DNA of 64,000 bases from NCBI GenBank assembly GCA_028534125.1, contig CM052817.1, forward strand, positions 46,378,001 to 46,442,000, given 5' to 3'. The position numbers and the translations under genes were made by a program. The notes under the pieces are model-generated. The model saw only the letters and a program-made list of their open reading frames with translations. It did not search any database and was not told where the DNA came from. Within the stretch, counting starts at the first letter, position 1; the number at the start of each line of letters is the position of its first letter. Source of the stretch: Lama glama (lineage: Eukaryota). Positions 63,079 to 64,000 of this stretch are shown here, piece after piece.

Positions 63079-64000
63079 AGGGTTAGCCCCTCTATTCAGT
63101 CTCCCCAGAGACTGCATGTCTGGCTCCCCTTTTTCCTTCTTCTGATAACACCCTAGATTTACTCTGTTCTCAGTCTATCAGGTTCAGATGGGATGACCCA
63201 TCTCTCAGTTCCTTCTTATCAAGGCCCACCCCCTACCCTACTGACTGACTCAAAGATGGGAATGTGACCTAAGCCTGACTCAATAAGAAACAGTCTCTAG
63301 GAAGTTCTTAATTCTTCCTGGGATTTTTAAACTGCTAAAATGGGGCTTAGACGTAAGCCAATGCTTGGTAAGAGCCTTTCTAAGAATAAAATTGGTCCAG
63401 AGGAAAGCACATTAAATGGGATAAATGACTAAGGACCTTGTTTGAATACCTGTGCCCTCCAGGTGACTCTGATTTATTCATGAACACTATGTAGGCCAAC
63501 AGATTTTAATTTTTTTTTAAGACCATTTCAATTAGATGTTCATCTCTTGCCAATAGCCTGGCTTAATACCATCCATCTTTCACATTTCTGCTACAAGTAA
63601 CTTTCCAACAAGGGTAAAACTATTTACTCTATTTAATCTGTCTATCCATTTATCTCTTCAACATTTATCTACCACTTATAAGCTAAGAACTAAACTGGGT
63701 TCTAAAATAGGTTACAAAATAAAAGGACTCTGCCACCACCAAATTCACAATCTATAGGAGTACGGCATAAAGACATGAAATTGTCTGGAGGCCCATGATA
63801 CTCAGCAATTTACAGAGTTTTACAGCCCCTCAGAGGAGGGGTCATCTGACTTCTCTTCCTGGAAGGGTGGGAGCTATCAGAGAAAACTTGCTAGCGGGGA
63901 GGGTACTACCTAAGGAGAGTAGGTAGGGTACCCATTCCTGAAAAAGAGGACCAAATGAGCAAAGGCAGTGCAGCATGACTTGAGAACAAAAATAAACAGT

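Overview
Mammalian genomic DNA, very probably camelid (several Vic-1-type tRNA-derived SINEs and a young camelid-type L1), from the ELR+ CXC chemokine (GRO/IL-8) cluster. There is one intact protein-coding gene: a 4-exon GRO-family chemokine on the minus strand (CDS 57709-57619, 57049-56926, 56816-56733, 55926-55911; 104 aa; most like CXCL2/GRO-beta), with NF-kB, TATA-like and Sp1 promoter elements, 3'UTR AU-rich elements and a poly(A) signal. Reading the sequence by hand also shows two unprocessed chemokine pseudogenes that the ORF track misses. One is a CXCL15 (lungkine)-like pseudogene on the minus strand starting about 7.3 kb downstream of the GRO gene (exons 1-3 clear, exon 4 uncertain). 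The other is a 4-exon CXCL8/IL-8-like pseudogene on the plus strand at about 7.2-10.6 kb. There is a weaker hint of a third relic near 14 kb and a compact NF-kB/C-EBP/CRE/AP-1 enhancer-like motif cluster at about 3.3 kb. The remainder is mostly transposable elements (L1, L2, MIR, MaLR/ERV LTRs, Tigger1, MER5) plus two 500-N assembly gaps. Homology calls rest on remembered reference sequences, not on database searches.
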